This document shows, piece after piece, positions 62,892 through 64,000 of a DNA stretch of 64,000 bases (position 1 is the first letter of the stretch; every line of letters begins with the position of its first letter). Source of the stretch: Hydrolagus affinis (lineage: Eukaryota); NCBI GenBank assembly GCA_012026655.1, contig JAAILG010000582.1, positions 1 through 64,000 on the forward strand, read 5' to 3'. The position numbers were made by a program, and so were the translations under genes. Under the pieces are notes generated by a model, which searched no databases, had not been told where the DNA came from, and saw only the letters and a list, made by a program, of their open reading frames with translations.

Positions 62892-64000
62892 AGAGTGCTT
62901 ACTTTGCCCACAGATCACAGGAGGAGGGGGCTGTGCAGAAAGCCCTGCATTTAGTATGAAAAGTTTGGAGCAACTTCATATTCATTTGCAAAGAACTATA
63001 GGGAACTATAATTCATATTCGATTGTATTTTTAGTGCTCAATGTCTCTATATGCTAGCACATCATTCTCTCTGGACTTCAAGATTGACATCTACCAGAAT
63101 GCAACCGAGAGAGTAATTTGGTTACATGATTTCTGTCTTAAAATGACGGGTTTCGAAAAGTAAAATGTGACAAAAAGATATTGTTTTCCACTGATTGACA
63201 TATCAAGGTTACAAATAGGAAGTCAACAATTGCTTTCACAGGGATATTTTAGGAAATTAAACAAAAGTCCGGCTCAAAGATTAAGTCCTTCGCCAATCGA
63301 TATGATTTGGTGTGATGAGGTATATGTTTGACATGGTGTTTGGTCTGACATTGTCAGAGGCACAAAGTGACCACAGCATGTTAAGGAAGGTGCTGGTTGC
63401 TGGGCGGCACTTGATTAATGATTAAAACTTGCAGCCATATCAACGCCAAATGTGCGTTGCACGTGGATGGAAACAATTAAAAACCTTAGAGGATTTAGTA
63501 TTCAACAGTAACATCTGGAGAAGGAGATTCTAAATGTTTTTTTAGTGTGGGCATCCAACAGCTTTTACAATTCCCAATGCAACTTCAGTATAAATGTCTC
63601 CTGTTTTGCACTGACTGACTGCAGGGAGGAATGGACGTCTCGAGGAGCATTTGGTCACGGTGGGAGTGTGACTTATGTCTCTCCCTGTGAGTGTGCAACA
63701 CTATAATTACAATGCAATCAGACATGCAGCGAGTACCACATATGTCTGATTTAAAACAAAATGTAGCTGGCTGTTAAACTCCACATGAATTTATATGATT
63801 TGACAGTGAGAATATCATCCACATTGATCGCTGCCTGTAAGGATTATCATGTCAAAAACAAGGAAGGGACAAGCAATTTTGGTGGTCAAACTATTGCACG
63901 TCGTCATCTCCTAGGCACAAATTCAATTTGACAACTCGTAATTTTCAAACCAGTGAAAACGCGAACATTATAAATGGCAAAAGTACCCCTTTTTTCACTG

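Larger units (their letters stand above)
10992..64000 (+). other. IL1RAPL2: Intron 2 of the IL1RAPL2-like gene (over 53 kb, continues past the window)
   Basis: No exon-3-like peptide (DGC.DWS.D...GEPVR.KCALFY) was found in the ORF track or by eye. Confidence 0.7.

Noticed and set aside
63716-63751. 10-bp inverted repeat AATCAGACAT/ATGTCTGATT
   Set aside because: Too short for a pre-miRNA and expected by chance in 64 kb.

Overview
This is AT-rich vertebrate genomic DNA, most likely from a cartilaginous fish (holocephalan-type tRNA-head/Deu SINEs, L2/CR1 LINE debris, Penelope remnants). The window holds the 5' end of one large neuronal gene on the + strand, best read as IL1RAPL2. It comprises a CpG/GA-repeat promoter, a probable non-coding exon 1 (donor at 1990), exon 2 (10891-10991: 19 nt UTR plus 82 coding nt, MRVQIPLVVLIYSSISGSLKTFSKRNS), and more than 53 kb of intron 2. 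Exon 3 was not found. Almost all listed ORFs are spurious. Mobile DNA includes the right end of a mariner (1-168), a nearly intact 2756-bp pogo/Tigger element (42075-44830), Tigger- and hAT-type MITEs, about 15 SINE copies, LINE fragments, and Penelope pieces with hammerhead-ribozyme cores. The most notable observations are: a TSD-flanked 212-bp Penelope hairpin with a perfect 64-bp stem and a hammerhead core in its loop; two identically bounded 62-nt stem-loop mini-retroinsertions; an E2F/CHR/CCAAT-like module upstream of the pogo transposase; a 27-bp tandem array fused to a local duplication; and a junction-spanning uORF ending 12 nt before the main AUG. I see no clear evidence of a wholly new biological system. 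All family assignments come from recall, not database searches.
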